Part shown: in pieces, positions 1-15,000 of the stretch | How the letters are laid out: each line of letters starts with the position of its first letter | How positions within the stretch are numbered: the first letter of the stretch is position 1 | Assembly: GCA_964057225.1 (NCBI GenBank) | Contig: OZ059897.1 | Span: 11,160,001-11,224,000 of the forward strand | Direction of reading: 5' to 3' | Length of the DNA stretch: 64,000 nucleotides | Source of the DNA: Auanema rhodensis | Lineage: Eukaryota > Animalia > Nematoda | Notes under the pieces: model-generated | What the model was told of the DNA's origin: nothing | Databases searched by the model: none | What the model saw: only the letters and a program-made list of their open reading frames with translations | Program-made: the position numbers and the translations under genes

Positions 1-3000
1 TTGGAAATATATTTTAAAAACCACACCACGATTGTGCAATCTTGAAAACTGTCTGTCTTAGTATGATTACATAACACTTTATATGCCTCAGTAAAATGAA
101 TTTGAATTTAAATATGAAGCGTCTTTCATATTATACTTTAACCTGATATAGCTTTGTATAGGTTTGTATACTGATCACATATATGGCGATAGGCTAGAAC
201 AGTTCATAACTTTCCTAAATAGATTCTGTTGAATCACCCGAGTTAGAGGTAGTATCTCAGTTTAACCAGAGAATTTCTGAAATGTGAATACGTTTTGAAA
301 ACCACACCACGATTGTGCAATCTTGAAAACTGTCTGTCTTAGTATGATTAAATAACACTTTATATGCCTCAGTAAAATGAACTTGAATATAAATATGAAG
401 CATCTTTTATATTATACTTTAACCTGATATAGCTTTGTATAGGTTTGTACACTGATCACATATATGGCGATAGGCTAGAACAGTTCATAACTTTCCTAAA
501 TAGATTCTGTTGAATCACCCGAGTTAGAGGTAGTATCTCAGTTTAACCAGAGAATTTCTGAGTTGGAAATATATTTTAAAAACCACACCACGATTGTGCA
601 ATCTTGAAAACTGTCTGTCTTAGTATGATTACATAACACTTTATATGCCTCAGTAAAATGAATTTGAATTTAAATATGAAGCGTCTTTCATATTATACTT
701 TAACCTGATATAGCTTTGTATAGGTTTGTATACTGATCACTTATACGGCGATAGGCTAGGACAGTTCATAACTTTCCTAAACATTCCGTTGAATTACCCG
801 AATTAGAGGTAGTATCTCAGTTTAACCAGAGAATTTCTGACTTGGAAATATATTTTGAAAACCACACCACGATTGTCCAACATTGAAAACTGTCTGTTTT
901 AGTATGATTTCATAACACTATATATGCCTAAATAAAATGAATTTGAATATAATAATGAAGCGTCTTTTATATTATACTTTAACCTGATATAGCTTTGTAT
1001 AGGTTTGTATACTGATCACTTATACGCCGATAGGCTAGAACAGTTCATAACTTTCCTAAATAGATTCCGTTGAATCACCCGAGTTAGAGGTAGTATCTCA
1101 ATCTAACCAAAGAACTTCTGAGTTGTATATACATTTTGAAAAGAACACCACGATTGTGCAATCTTGAAAACTGTCTGTCTTAGTATGATTACATAACACT
1201 TTATATGCCTCAGTAAATGAATTTGAATATAAATATGAAGCGTCTTTTATATTATACTTTAACCTGATATAGCTTTGTATAGGTTTGTATACTGATCACT
1301 TATACGCCGATAGGCTAGAACAGTTCATAACTTTCCTAAATAGATTCCGTTGAATCACCCGAGTTAGAGGTAGTATCTCAAACTAAACAAAGAATTTCTG
1401 AGTTATAAATACATTTTGAAAAGCACACCACGATTGTCCAACATTGAAAACTGTCTGTCTTAGTATAATTTCATAACTCTATATATGAATAAGTAAAATG
1501 AATTTGAATATAATAATGAAGCGTCTTTTATTTTATACTTTAACCTGATATAGATTTGTATAGGTTTGTATACTGATCACATATACGGCGGTAGGCTAGA
1601 ACAGTTCATAACTTTCCTAAAAAAGATTCTGTTGAATCACCCGAGTTAGAGGTAGTATCTCAGTTTAACCAGAGAATTTCTGACTTGGAAATATATCTTG
1701 AAAACCACACCACGATTGTGCAACATTGAAAACTGTCTGTCTTAGTATGATTACATAACACTTTATATGCCTCAGTAAAATGAATTTGAATTTAAATATG
1801 AAGCGTCTTTCATATTATACTTTAACCTGATATAGCTTTGTATAGGTTTGTATACTGATCACTTATACGGCGATAGGCTAGGACAGTTCATAACTTTCCT
1901 AAACATTCCGTTGAATTACCCGAATTAGAGATAGTATCTCAATCTAACCAAAGAACTTCTGAGTTGTAAATACATTTCGAAAAGAACACCACTATTGTGC
2001 AACATTGAAAACTGTCTGTCTTAGTATGATTACATAACACTTTATATGCCTCAGTAAATAAATTTGAATATAAATATGAAGCGTCTTTTATATTATACTT
2101 TAACCTGATATAGCTTTGTATAGGTTTGTATACTGATCACTTCTACGCCGATAGGCTAGAACAGTTCATAACTTTCCTAAATAGATTCCGTTGAATCACC
2201 CGAGTTAGAGGTAGTATCTCAAACTAAGCAAAGAATTTCTGAGTTATAAATACATTTCGAAAAGAACACCACGATTGTCCAACATTGAAAACTGTCTGTC
2301 TTAGTATGATTACATAACACTTTATATGCCTCAGTAAATGAATTTGAATATAAATATGAAGCGTCTTTTATATTATACTTTAACCTGATATAGCTTTGTA
2401 TAGGTTTGTATACTGATCACTTATACGGCGATAGGCTAGGACAGTTCATAACTTTCCTAAACATTCCGTTGAATTACCCGAATTAGAGATAGTATCTCAA
2501 TCTAACCAAAGAACTTCTGAGTTGTAAATACATTTCGAAAAGAACACCACTATTGTCCAACATTGAAAACTGTCTGTCTTAGTATAATTTCATAACTCTA
2601 TATATGAATAAGTAAAATGAATTTGAATATAATAATGAAGCGTCTTTTATTTTATACTTTAACCTGATATAGATTTGTATAGGTTTGTATACTGATCACA
2701 TATACGGCGGTAGGCTAGAACAGTTCATAACTTTCCTAAAAAAGATTCTGTTGAATCACCCGAGTGAAAAGAACACCACGATTGTGCAATCTTGAAAACT
2801 GTCTGTCTTAGTATAATTTCATAACTCTATATATGAATAAGTAAAATGAATTTGAATATAATAATGAAGCGTCTTTTATATTATACTTTAACCTGATATA
2901 GCTTTGTATAGGTTTGTATACTGATCACATATACGGCGATAGGCTAGAACAGTTCATAACTTTCCTAAACATTCCGTTTAATTACCCGAATTAGAGGTAG

Positions 3001-6000
3001 TATCTCAATCTAACCAAAAAACTTCTGAATTGTAAATACATTCTGAAAAGAACACCACGATTGTGCAACATTGGAAAATGTCTGTCTTAGTATGATTACA
3101 TAACACTTTATATGCCTAAGTAAAATGAATTTGAATATAAATATGAAGCGTCTTTTATATTATACTTTAACCTGATATAGCTTTGTATAGGTTTGTATAC
3201 TGATCACTTATACGGCGATAGGCTAGAACAGTTCATAACCTTCCTAAATAGATTCCGTTGAATTACCCGAATTAGAGGTAGTATCTTAATCTAACCAAAG
3301 AACTTCTGAGTTGTATATACATTTTGAAAAGAACACCACGATTGTGCAATCTTGAAAACTGTCTGTCTTAGTATGATTACATAACACTATATATGCCTCA
3401 GTAAAATGAATTTGAATATAAATATGAAGCGTCTTTTATATTATACTTTAACTTGATATAGCTTTGTATGGGTTTGTATACTGATCACTTATACGGCGAT
3501 AGGCTAGAACAGTTCATAACCTTCCTAAATAGATTCCGTTGAATTACCCGAATTAGAGGTAGTATCTTAATCTAACCAAAGAACTTCTGAGTTGTGAATA
3601 CATTTTGAAAAGCACACCACGATTGTGCAACATTGAAAACTGTCTGTCTTAGTATGATTACATAACACTTTATATGCCTCAGTAAAATGAATTTGAATTT
3701 AAATATGAAGCGTCTTTCATATTATACTTTAACCTGATATAGCTTTGTATAGGTTTGTATACTGATCACTTATACGGCGATAGGCTAGAACAGTTCATAA
3801 CTTTCCTAAAAAGATTCCGTTGAATCACCCGAGTTAGAGGTAGTATCTCAGTTTAACCAGAGAATTTCTGAGTTGGAAATATATTTTAAAAACCACACCA
3901 CGATTGTGCAATCTTGAAAACTGTCTGTCTTAGTATGATTAAATAACACTTTATATGCCTCAGTAAAATGAACTTGAATATAAATATGAAGCATCTTTTA
4001 TATTATACTTTAACCTGATATAGCTTTGTATAGGTTTGTACACTGATCACATATATGGCGATAGGCTAGAACAGTTCATAACTTTCCTAAATAGATTCTG
4101 TTGAATCACCCGAGTTAGAGGTAGTATCTCAGTTTAACCAGAGAATTTCTGACTTGGAAATATATTTTGAAAACCACACCACGATTGTCCAACATTGAAA
4201 ACTGTCTGTTTTAGTATGATTTCATAACACTATATATGCCTAAATAAAATGAATTTGAATATAATAATGAAGTGTCTTTTATATTATACTTTAACCTGAT
4301 ATAGCTTTGTATAGGTTTGTACACTGATCACATATACGGCGATAGGCTAGAACAGTTCATAACTTTCTTAAATAGATTCCGTTGAATCACCCGAGTTAGA
4401 GGTAGTATCTCAGTTTAACCAGAGAATTTCTGAGTTGGAAATATATTTTAAAAACCACATCCCGATTGTGCAATCTTGAAAACTGTCTGTCTTAGTATGA
4501 TTTCATAACTATATATATGAATAAGTAAAATGAACTTGAATATAAATATGAAGCATCTTTTATATTATACTTTAACCTGATATAGCTTTGTATAGGTTTG
4601 TACACTGATCACATATATGGCGATAGGCTAGAACAGTTCATAACTTTCCTAAACATTCCGTTTAATTACCCGAATTAGAGGTAGTATCTCAGTTTAACCA
4701 GAGAATTTCTGAATTGGAAATATATTTTAAAAACCACACCACGATTGTGCAATCTTGAAAACTGTCTGTCTTAGTATGATTAAATAACACTTTATATGCC
4801 TCAGTAAAATGAACTTGAATATAAATATGAAGCATCTTTTATATTATACTTTAACCTGATATAGCTTTGTATAGGTTTGTATACTGATCACTTATACGGC
4901 GATAGGCTAGAACAGTTCATAACCTTCCTAAATAGATTCCGTTGAAATACCCGAATTAGAGGTAGTATCTCAATCTAACCAAAGAACTTCTGAGTTGTAA
5001 ATACATTTCGAAAAGAACACCACGATTGTGCAACATTGAAAACTGTCTGTTTCAGTATGATTACATAACACTTTATATGCCTAAGTAAAATGAATTTGAA
5101 TATAAATATGAAGCGTCTTTTATATCATACTTTAACCTGATATAGCTTTGTATAGGTTTGTACACTGATCACATATACGGCGATAGGCTAGAACAGTTCA
5201 TAACTTTCCTAAACATTCCGTTTAATTACCCGAATTAGAGGAAGTATCTCAATCTAACCAAAAAACTTCTGAATTGTAAATACATTCTGAAAAGAACACC
5301 ACGATTGTGCAACATTGGAAAATGTCTGTCTTAGTATGATTACATAACACTTTATATGCCTAAGTAAAATGAATTTGAATATAAATATGAAGCGTCTTTT
5401 ATATTATACTTTAACCTGATATAGCTTTGTATAGGTTTGTATACTGATCACTTATACGGCGATAGGCTAGAACAGTTCATAACCTTCCTAAATAGATTCC
5501 GTTGAATTACCCGAATTAGAGGTAGTATCTTAATCTAACCAAAGAACTTCTGAGTTGTATATACATTTTGAAAAGAACACCACGATTGTGCAATCTTGAA
5601 AACTGTCTGTCTTAGTATGATTACATAACACTATATATGCCTCAGTAAAATGAATTTGAATATAAATATGAAGCGTCTTTTATATTATACTTTAACTTGA
5701 TATAGCTTTGTATGGGTTTGTATACTGATCACTTATACGGCGATAGGCTAGAACAGTTCATAACCTTCCTAAATAGATTCCGTTGAATTACCCGAATTAG
5801 AGGTAGTATCTTAATCTAACCAAAGAACTTCTGAGTTGTGAATACATTTTGAAAAGCACACCACGATTGTGCAACATTGAAAACTGTCTGTCTTAGTATG
5901 ATTACATAACACTTTATATGCCTCAGTAAAATGAATTTGAATTTAAATATGAAGCGTCTTTCATATTATACTTTAACCTGATATAGCTTTGTATAGGTTT

Positions 6001-9000
6001 GTATACTGATCACTTATACGGCGATAGGCTAGAACAGTTCATAACTTTCCTAAAAAGATTCCGTTGAATCACCCGAGTTAGAGGTAGTATCTCAGTTTAA
6101 CCAGAGAATTTCTGAGTTGGAAATATATTTTAAAAACCACACCACGATTGTGCAATCTTGAAAACTGTCTGTCTTAGTATGATTAAATAACACTTTATAT
6201 GCCTCAGTAAAATGAACTTGAATATAAATATGAAGCATCTTTTATATTATACTTTAACCTGATATAGCTTTGTATAGGTTTGTACACTGATCACATATAT
6301 GGCGATAGGCTAGAACAGTTCATAACTTTCCTAAACATTCCGTTTAATTACCCGAATTAGAGGTAGTATCTCAATCTAACCAAAAAACTTCTGAATTGTA
6401 AATACATTCTGAAAAGAACACCACGATTGTGCAACATTGGAAAATGTCTGTCTTAGTATGATTACATAACACTTTATATGCCTCAGTAAAATGAATTTGA
6501 ATTTAAATATGAAGCGTCTTTCATATTATACTTTAACCTGATATAGCTTTGTATAGGTTTGTATACTGATCACTTATACGGCGATAGGCTAGAACAGTTC
6601 ATAACTTTCCTAAAAAGATTCCGTTGAATCACCCGAGTTAGAGGTAGTATCTCAGTTTAACCAGAGAATTTCTGAGTTGGAAATATATTTTAAAAACCAC
6701 ACCACGATTGTGCAATCTTGAAAACTGTCTGTCTTAGTATGATTAAATAACACTTTATATGCCTAAGTAAAATGAATTTAAATATAAATATGAAGCGTCT
6801 TTTATATTATACTTTAACCTGATATAGCTTTGTATAGGTTTGTACCCTGATCACATATACGGCGATAGGCTAGAACAGTTCATAACTTTCCTAAATAGAT
6901 TCTGTTGAATCACCCGAGTGAAAAGAACACCACGATTGTGCAATCTTGAAAACTGTCTGTCTTAGTATGATTAAATAACACTTTATATGCCTAAGTAAAA
7001 TGAATTTAAATATAAATATGAAGTGTCTTTTATATTATACTTTAACCTGATATAGCTTTGTATAGGTTTGTATACTGATCACTTATACGGCGATAGGCTA
7101 GAACAGTTCATAACCTTCCTAAATAGATTCCGTTGAAATACCCGAATTAGAGGTAGTATCTCAATCTAACCAAAGAACTTCTGAGTTGTAAATACATTTC
7201 GAAAAGAACACCACGATTGTGCAACATTGAAAACTGTCTGTTTCAGTATGATTACATAACACTTTATATGCCTAAGTAAAATGAATTTGAATATAAATAT
7301 GAAGCGTCTTTTATATCATACTTTAACCTGATATAGCTTTGTATAGGTTTGTACACTGATCACATATACGGCGATAGGCTAGAACAGTTCATAACTTTCC
7401 TAAACATTCCGTTTAATTACCCGAATTAGAGGAAGTATCTCAATCTAACCAAAAAACTTCTGAATTGTAAATACATTCTGAAAAGAACACCACGATTGTG
7501 CAACATTGGAAAATGTCTGTCTTAGTATGATTACATAACACTTTATATGCCTAAGTAAAATGAATTTGAATATAAATATGAAGCGTCTTTTATATTATAC
7601 TTTAACCTGATATAGCTTTGTATAGGTTTGTATACTGATCACTTATACGGCGATAGGCTAGAACAGTTCATAACCTTCCTAAATAGATTCCGTTGAATTA
7701 CCCGAATTAGAGGTAGTATCTTAATCTAACCAAAGAACTTCTGAGTTGTATATACATTTTGAAAAGAACACCACGATTGTGCAATCTTGAAAACTGTCTG
7801 TCTTAGTATGATTACATAACACTATATATGCCTCAGTAAAATGAATTTGAATATAAATATGAAGCGTCTTTTATATTATACTTTAACTTGATATAGCTTT
7901 GTATGGGTTTGTATACTGATCACTTATACGGCGATAGGCTAGAACAGTTCATAACCTTCCTAAATAGATTCCGTTGAATTACCCGAATTAGAGGTAGTAT
8001 CTTAATCTAACCAAAGAACTTCTGAGTTGTGAATACATTTTGAAAAGCACACCACGATTGTGCAACATTGAAAACTGTCTGTCTTAGTATGATTACATAA
8101 CACTTTATATGCCTCAGTAAAATGAATTTGAATTTAAATATGAAGCGTCTTTCATATTATACTTTAACCTGATATAGCTTTGTATAGGTTTGTATACTGA
8201 TCACTTATACGGCGATAGGCTAGAACAGTTCATAACTTTCCTAAAAAGATTCCGTTGAATCACCCGAGTTAGAGGTAGTATCTCAGTTTAACCAGAGAAT
8301 TTCTGAGTTGGAAATATATTTTAAAAACCACACCACGATTGTGCAATCTTGAAAACTGTCTGTCTTAGTATGATTAAATAACACTTTATATGCCTCAGTA
8401 AAATGAACTTGAATATAAATATGAAGCATCTTTTATATTATACTTTAACCTGATATAGCTTTGTATAGGTTTGTACACTGATCACATATATGGCGATAGG
8501 CTAGAACAGTTCATAACTTTCCTAAATAGATTCTGTTGAATCACCCGAGTTAGAGGTAGTATCTCAGTTTAACCAGAGAATTTCTGACTTGGAAATATAT
8601 TTTGAAAACCACACCACGATTGTCCAACATTGAAAACTGTCTGTTTTAGTATGATTTCATAACACTATATATGCCTAAATAAAATGAATTTGAATATAAT
8701 AATGAAGTGTCTTTTATATTATACTTTAACCTGATATAGCTTTGTATAGGTTTGTACACTGATCACATATACGGCGATAGGCTAGAACAGTTCATAACTT
8801 TCTTAAATAGATTCCGTTGAATCACCCGAGTTAGAGGTAGTATCTCAGTTTAACCAGAGAATTTCTGAATTGTGAATACGTTTTGAAAAGCACACCACGA
8901 TTGTGCATTCTTGAAAACTGTCTGTTTTAGTATGATTTCATAACACTATATATGCCTAAATAAAATGAATTTGAATACAATAATGAAGCGTCTTTTATAT

Positions 9001-12000
9001 TATACTTTGATCTGATATAGCTTTGTATAGGTTTGTACACTGATCACATATAGGCTAGAACAGTTCATAACTTTCCTAAATAGATTCTGTTGAATCACCC
9101 GAGTGAAAAGAACACCACGATTGTGCAATCTTGAAAACTGTCTGTCTTAGTATGATTACATAACACTTTATATGCCTCAGTAAAATGAATTTGAATATAA
9201 ATATGAAGCGTCTTTTATATTATACTTTAACCTGATATAGCTTTGTATGGGTTTGTATACTGATCACTTATACGGCGATAGGCTAGAACAGTTCATAACT
9301 TACTTAAATAGATTCCGTTGAATCACCCGAGTTAGAGGTACTATCTCAGTTTAACCAGAGAATTTCTGAGTTGTGAATACATTTTGAAAAGCACACCACG
9401 ATTGTGCAACATTGAAAACTGTCTGTTTCAGTATGATTTCATAACACTATATATGCCTAAGTAAAATGAATTTGAATACAAAAATAAAGCGTCTTTTATA
9501 TTATACTTTAACCTGATGTAGCTTTGTATGGAATTGTATACTGATCGCTTATACGGCGATAGGCTAGAACAGTTCATAACTTTCCTAAACATTCCGTTGA
9601 ATTACCCGAATTAGAGATAGTATCTCAATCTAACCAAAAACCTTCTGAGTTGTAAATACATTTTGAAAAGAACACCACGATTGTGCAACATTGAAAACTG
9701 TCTGTCTCAGTATGATTACATAACACTTTATATGCCTAAGTAAAATGAATTTGAATATAAATATGAAGCGTCTTTTATATTATACTTTAACCTGATATAG
9801 CTTTGTATAGGTTTGTACACTGATCACATATACGGCGATAGGCTAGAACAGTTCATAACTTTCCTAAACATTCAGTTTAATTACCCGAATTAGAGGTAGT
9901 ATCTCAATCTAACCAAAAAACTTCTGAGTTGTAAATACATTCTGAAAAGAACACCACGATTGTGCAACATTGGAAAATGTCTGTCTTAGTATGATTACAT
10001 AACACTTTATATGCCTAAGTAAAATGAATTTGAATATAAATATGAAGCGTCTTTTGTATTATACTTTAACCTGATATAGCTTTGTATAGGTTTGTATACT
10101 GATCACTTATACGCTGATAGGCTAGAACAGTTCATAACCTTCCTAAATAGATTCCGTTGAATTACCCGAATTAGAGGTAGTATCTTAATCTAACCAAAAA
10201 ACTTCTGAGTTGTATATACATTTTGAAAAGAACACCACGATTGTGCAATCTTGAAAACTGTCTGTCTTAGTATGATTACATAACACTTTATATGCCTAAG
10301 TAAAATGAATTTGAATATAAATATGAAGCGTCTTTTATATTATACTTTAACCTGATATAGCTTTGTATAGGTTTGTACCCTGATCACATATACGGCGATA
10401 GGCTAGAACAGTTCATAACTTTCCTAAATAGATTCTGTTGAATCACCCGAGTGAAAAGAACACCACGATTGTGCAATCTTGAAAACTGTCTGTCTTAGTA
10501 TGATTACATAACACTATATATGCCTCAGTAAAATGAATTTGAATATAAATATGAAGCGTCTTTTATATTATACTGTAACCTGATATAGCTTTGTATGGGT
10601 TTGTATACTGATCACTTATACGGCGATAGGCTACAACAGTTCATAACTTTCCTAAACATTCCGTTGAATTACCCGAATTAGAGATAGTATCTCAATCTAA
10701 CCAAAGAACTTCTGGGTTGTAAATACATTTCGAAAAGAACACCACTATTGTGCAACATTGAAAACTGTCTGTCTTAGTATGATTACATAACACTTTATAT
10801 GCCTCAGTAAAATGAATTTGAATTTAAATATGAAGCGTCTTTCATATTATACTTTAACCTGATATAGCTTTGTATAGGTTTGTATACTGATCACTTATAC
10901 GGCGATAGGCTAGAACAGTTCATAACTTTCCTAAAAAGATTCCGTTGAATCACCCGAGTTAGAGGTAGTATCTCAGTTTAACCAGAGAATTTCTGAGTTG
11001 GAAATATATTTTAAAAACCACACCACGATTGTGCAATCTTGAAAACTGTCTGTCTTAGTATGATTAAATAACACTTTATATGCCTAAGTAAAATGAATTT
11101 AAATATAAATATGAAGCGTCTTTTATATTATACTTTAACCTGATATAGCTTTGTATAGGTTTGTATACTGATCACTTATACGGCGATAGGCTAGAACAGT
11201 TCATAACCTTCCTAAATAGATTCCGTTGAAATACCCGAATTAGAGGTAGTATCTCAATCTAACCAAAGAACTTCTGAGTTGTAAATACATTTCGAAAAGA
11301 ACACCACGATTGTGCAACATTGAAAACTGTCTGTTTCAGTATGATTACATAACACTTTATATGCCTAAGTAAAATGAATTTGAATATAAATATGAAGCGT
11401 CTTTTATATTATACTTTAACCTGATATAGCTTTGTATAGGTTTATACACTGATCACATATACGGCGATAGGCTAGAACAGTTCATAACTTTCCTAAACAT
11501 TCCGTTTAATTACCCGAATTAGAGGTAGTATCTCAATCTAACCAAAAAACTTCTGAATTGTAAATACATTCTGAAAAGAACACCACGATTGTGCAACATT
11601 GGAAAATGTCTGTCTTAGTATGATTACATAACACTTTATATGCCTAAGTAAAATGAATTTGAATATAAATATGAAGCGTCTTTTATATTATACTTTAACC
11701 TGATATAGCTTTGTATAGGTTTGTATACTGATCACTTATACGGCGATAGGCTAGAACAGTTCATAACCTTCCTAAATAGATTCCGTTGAATTACCCGAAT
11801 TAGAGGTAGTATCTTAATCTAACCAAAGAACTTCTGAGTTGTATATACATTTTGAAAAGAACACCACGATTGTGCAATCTTGAAAACTGTCTGTCTTAGT
11901 ATGATTACATAACACTATATATGCCTCAGTAAAATGAATTTGAATATAAATATGAAGCGTCTTTTATATTATACTTTAACTTGATATAGCTTTGTATGGG

Positions 12001-15000
12001 TTTGTATACTGATCACTTATACGGCGATAGGCTAGAACAGTTCATAACCTTCCTAAATAGATTCCGTTGAATTACCCGAATTAGAGGTAGTATCTTAATC
12101 TAACCAAAGAACTTCTGAGTTGTGAATACATTTTGAAAAGCACACCACGATTGTGCAACATTGAAAACTGTCTGTCTTAGTATGATTACATAACACTTTA
12201 TATGCCTCAGTAAAATGAATTTGAATTTAAATATGAAGCGTCTTTCATATTATACTTTAACCTGATATAGCTTTGTATAGGTTTGTATACTGATCACTTA
12301 TACGGCGATAGGCTAGAACAGTTTATAACTTTCCTAAATAGATTCTGTTGAATCACCCGAGTTAGAGGTAGTATCTCAGTTTAACCAGAGAATTTCTGAC
12401 TTGGAAATATATTTTGAAAACCACACCACGATTGTCCAACATTGAAAACTGTCTGTTTTAGTATGATTTCATAACACTATATATGCCTAAATAAAATGAA
12501 TTTGAATATAATAATGAAGTGTCTTTTATATTATACTTTAACCTGATATAGCTTTGTATAGGTTTGTACACTGATCACATATACGGCGATAGGCTAGAAC
12601 AGTTCATAACTTTCTTAAATAGATTCCGTTGAATCACCCGAGTTAGAGGTAGTATCTCAGTTTAACCAGAGAATTTCTGAAATGTGAATACGTTTTGAAA
12701 AGCACACCACGATTGTGCATTCTTGAAAACTGTCTGTTTTAGTATGATTTCATAACACTATATATGCCTAAATAAAATGAATTTGAATATAAATATGAAG
12801 CGTCTTTTATATTATACTTTAACCTGATATAGCTTTGTATAGGTTTGTACACTGATCACATATATGGCGATAGGCTAGAACAGTTCATAACTTTCCTAAA
12901 TAGATTCTGTTGAATCACCCGAGTGAAAAGAACACCACGATTGTGCAATCTTGAAAACTGTCTGTCTTAGTATGATTACATAACACTTTATATGCCTCAG
13001 TAAAATGAATTTGAATATAAATATGAAGCGTCTTTTATATTAAACTTTAACCTGATATAGCTTTGTATGGGTTTGTATACTGATCACTTATACGGCGATA
13101 GGCTAGAACAGTTCATAACTTACTTAAATAGATTCCGTTGAATCACCCGAGTTAGAGGTACTATCTCAGTTTAACCAGAGAATTTCTGAGTTGGAAATAT
13201 ATTTTAAAAACCACACCACGATTGTGCAATCTTGAAAACTGTCTGTCTTAGTATGATTAAATAACACTTTATATGCCTCAGTAAAATGAACTTGAATATA
13301 AATATGAAGCATCTTTTATATTATACTTTAACCTGATATAGCTTTGTATAGGTTTGTACACTGATCACATATATGGCGATAGGCTAGAACAGTTCATAAC
13401 TTTCCTAAATAGATTCTGTTGAATCACCCGAGTTAGAGGTAGTATCTCAGTTTAACCAGAGAATTTCTGACTTGGAAATATATTTTGAAAACCACACCAC
13501 GATTGTGCAACATTGAAAACTGTCTGTCTTAGTATGATTTCATAACACTATATATGCCTAAGTAAAATGAATTTGAATACAAAAATAAAGCGTCTTTTAT
13601 ATTATACTTTAACCTGATGTAGCTTTGTATAGGTTTGTATACTGATCACTTATACGGCGATAGGCTAGAACAGTTCATAACTTTCCTAAAAAGATTCCGT
13701 TGAATCACCCGAGTTAGAGGTAGTATCTCAGTTTAACCAGAGAATTTCTGAGTTGGAAATATATTTTAAAAACCACACCACGATTGTGCAATCTTGAAAA
13801 CTGTCTGTCTTAGTATGATTAAATAACACTTTATATGCCTCAGTAAAATGAACTTGAATATAAATATGAAGCATCTTTTATATTATACTTTAACCTGATA
13901 TAGCTTTGTATAGGTTTGTACACTGATCACATATATGGCGATAGGCTAGAACAGTTCATAACTTTCCTAAATAGATTCTGTTGAATCACCCGAGTTAGAG
14001 GTAGTATCTCAGTTTAACCAGAGAATTTCTGACTTGGAAATATATTTTGAAAACCACACCACGATTGTCCAACATTGAAAACTGTCTGTTTTAGTATGAT
14101 TTCATAACACTATATATGCCTAAATAAAATGAATTTGAATATAATAATGAAGCGTCTTTTATATTATACTTTAACCTGATATAGCTTTGTATAGGTTTGT
14201 ATACTGATCACATATATGGCGATAGGCTAGAACAGTTCATAACTTTCCTAAATAGATTCTGTTGAATCACCCGAGTGAAAAGAACACCACGATTGTGCAA
14301 TCTTGAAAACTGTCTGTCTTAGTATGATTACATAACACTTTATATGCCTCAGTAAAATGAATTTGAATATAAATATGAAGCGTCTTTTATATTATACTTT
14401 AACCTGATATAGCTTTGTATGGGTTTGTATACTGATCACTTATACGGCGATAGGCTAGAACAGTTCATAACTTACTTAAATAGATTCCGTTGAATCACCC
14501 GAGTTAGAGGTACTATCTCAGTTTAACCAGAGAATTTCTGAGTTGTGAATACATTTTGAAAAGCACACCACGATTGTGCAACATTGAAAACTGTCTGTTT
14601 CAGTATGATTTCATAACACTATATATGCCTAAGTAAAATGAATTTGAATACAAAAATAAAGCGTCTTTTATATTATACTTTAACCTGATGTAGCTTTGTA
14701 TGGAATTGTATACTGATCGCTTATACGGCGATAGGCTAGAACAGTTCATAACTTTCCTAAACATTCCGTTGAATTACCCGAATTAGAGATAGTATCTCAA
14801 TCTAACCAAAAACCTTCTGAGTTGTAAATACATTTTGAAAAGAACACCACGATTGTGCAACATTGGAAAATGTCTGTCTTAGTATGATTACATAACACTT
14901 TATATGCCTAAGTAAAATGAATTTGAATATAAATATGAAGCGTCTTTTGTATTATACTTTAACCTGATATAGCTTTGTATAGGTTTGTATACTGATCACT

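Noticed and set aside
5047-5054. CTGTTTCA (piRNA Ruby-motif core) in some satellite monomers
   Set aside because: It is a minority variant of CTGTCTTA, and I found no consistently spaced YRNT downstream. Small-RNA data would be needed.
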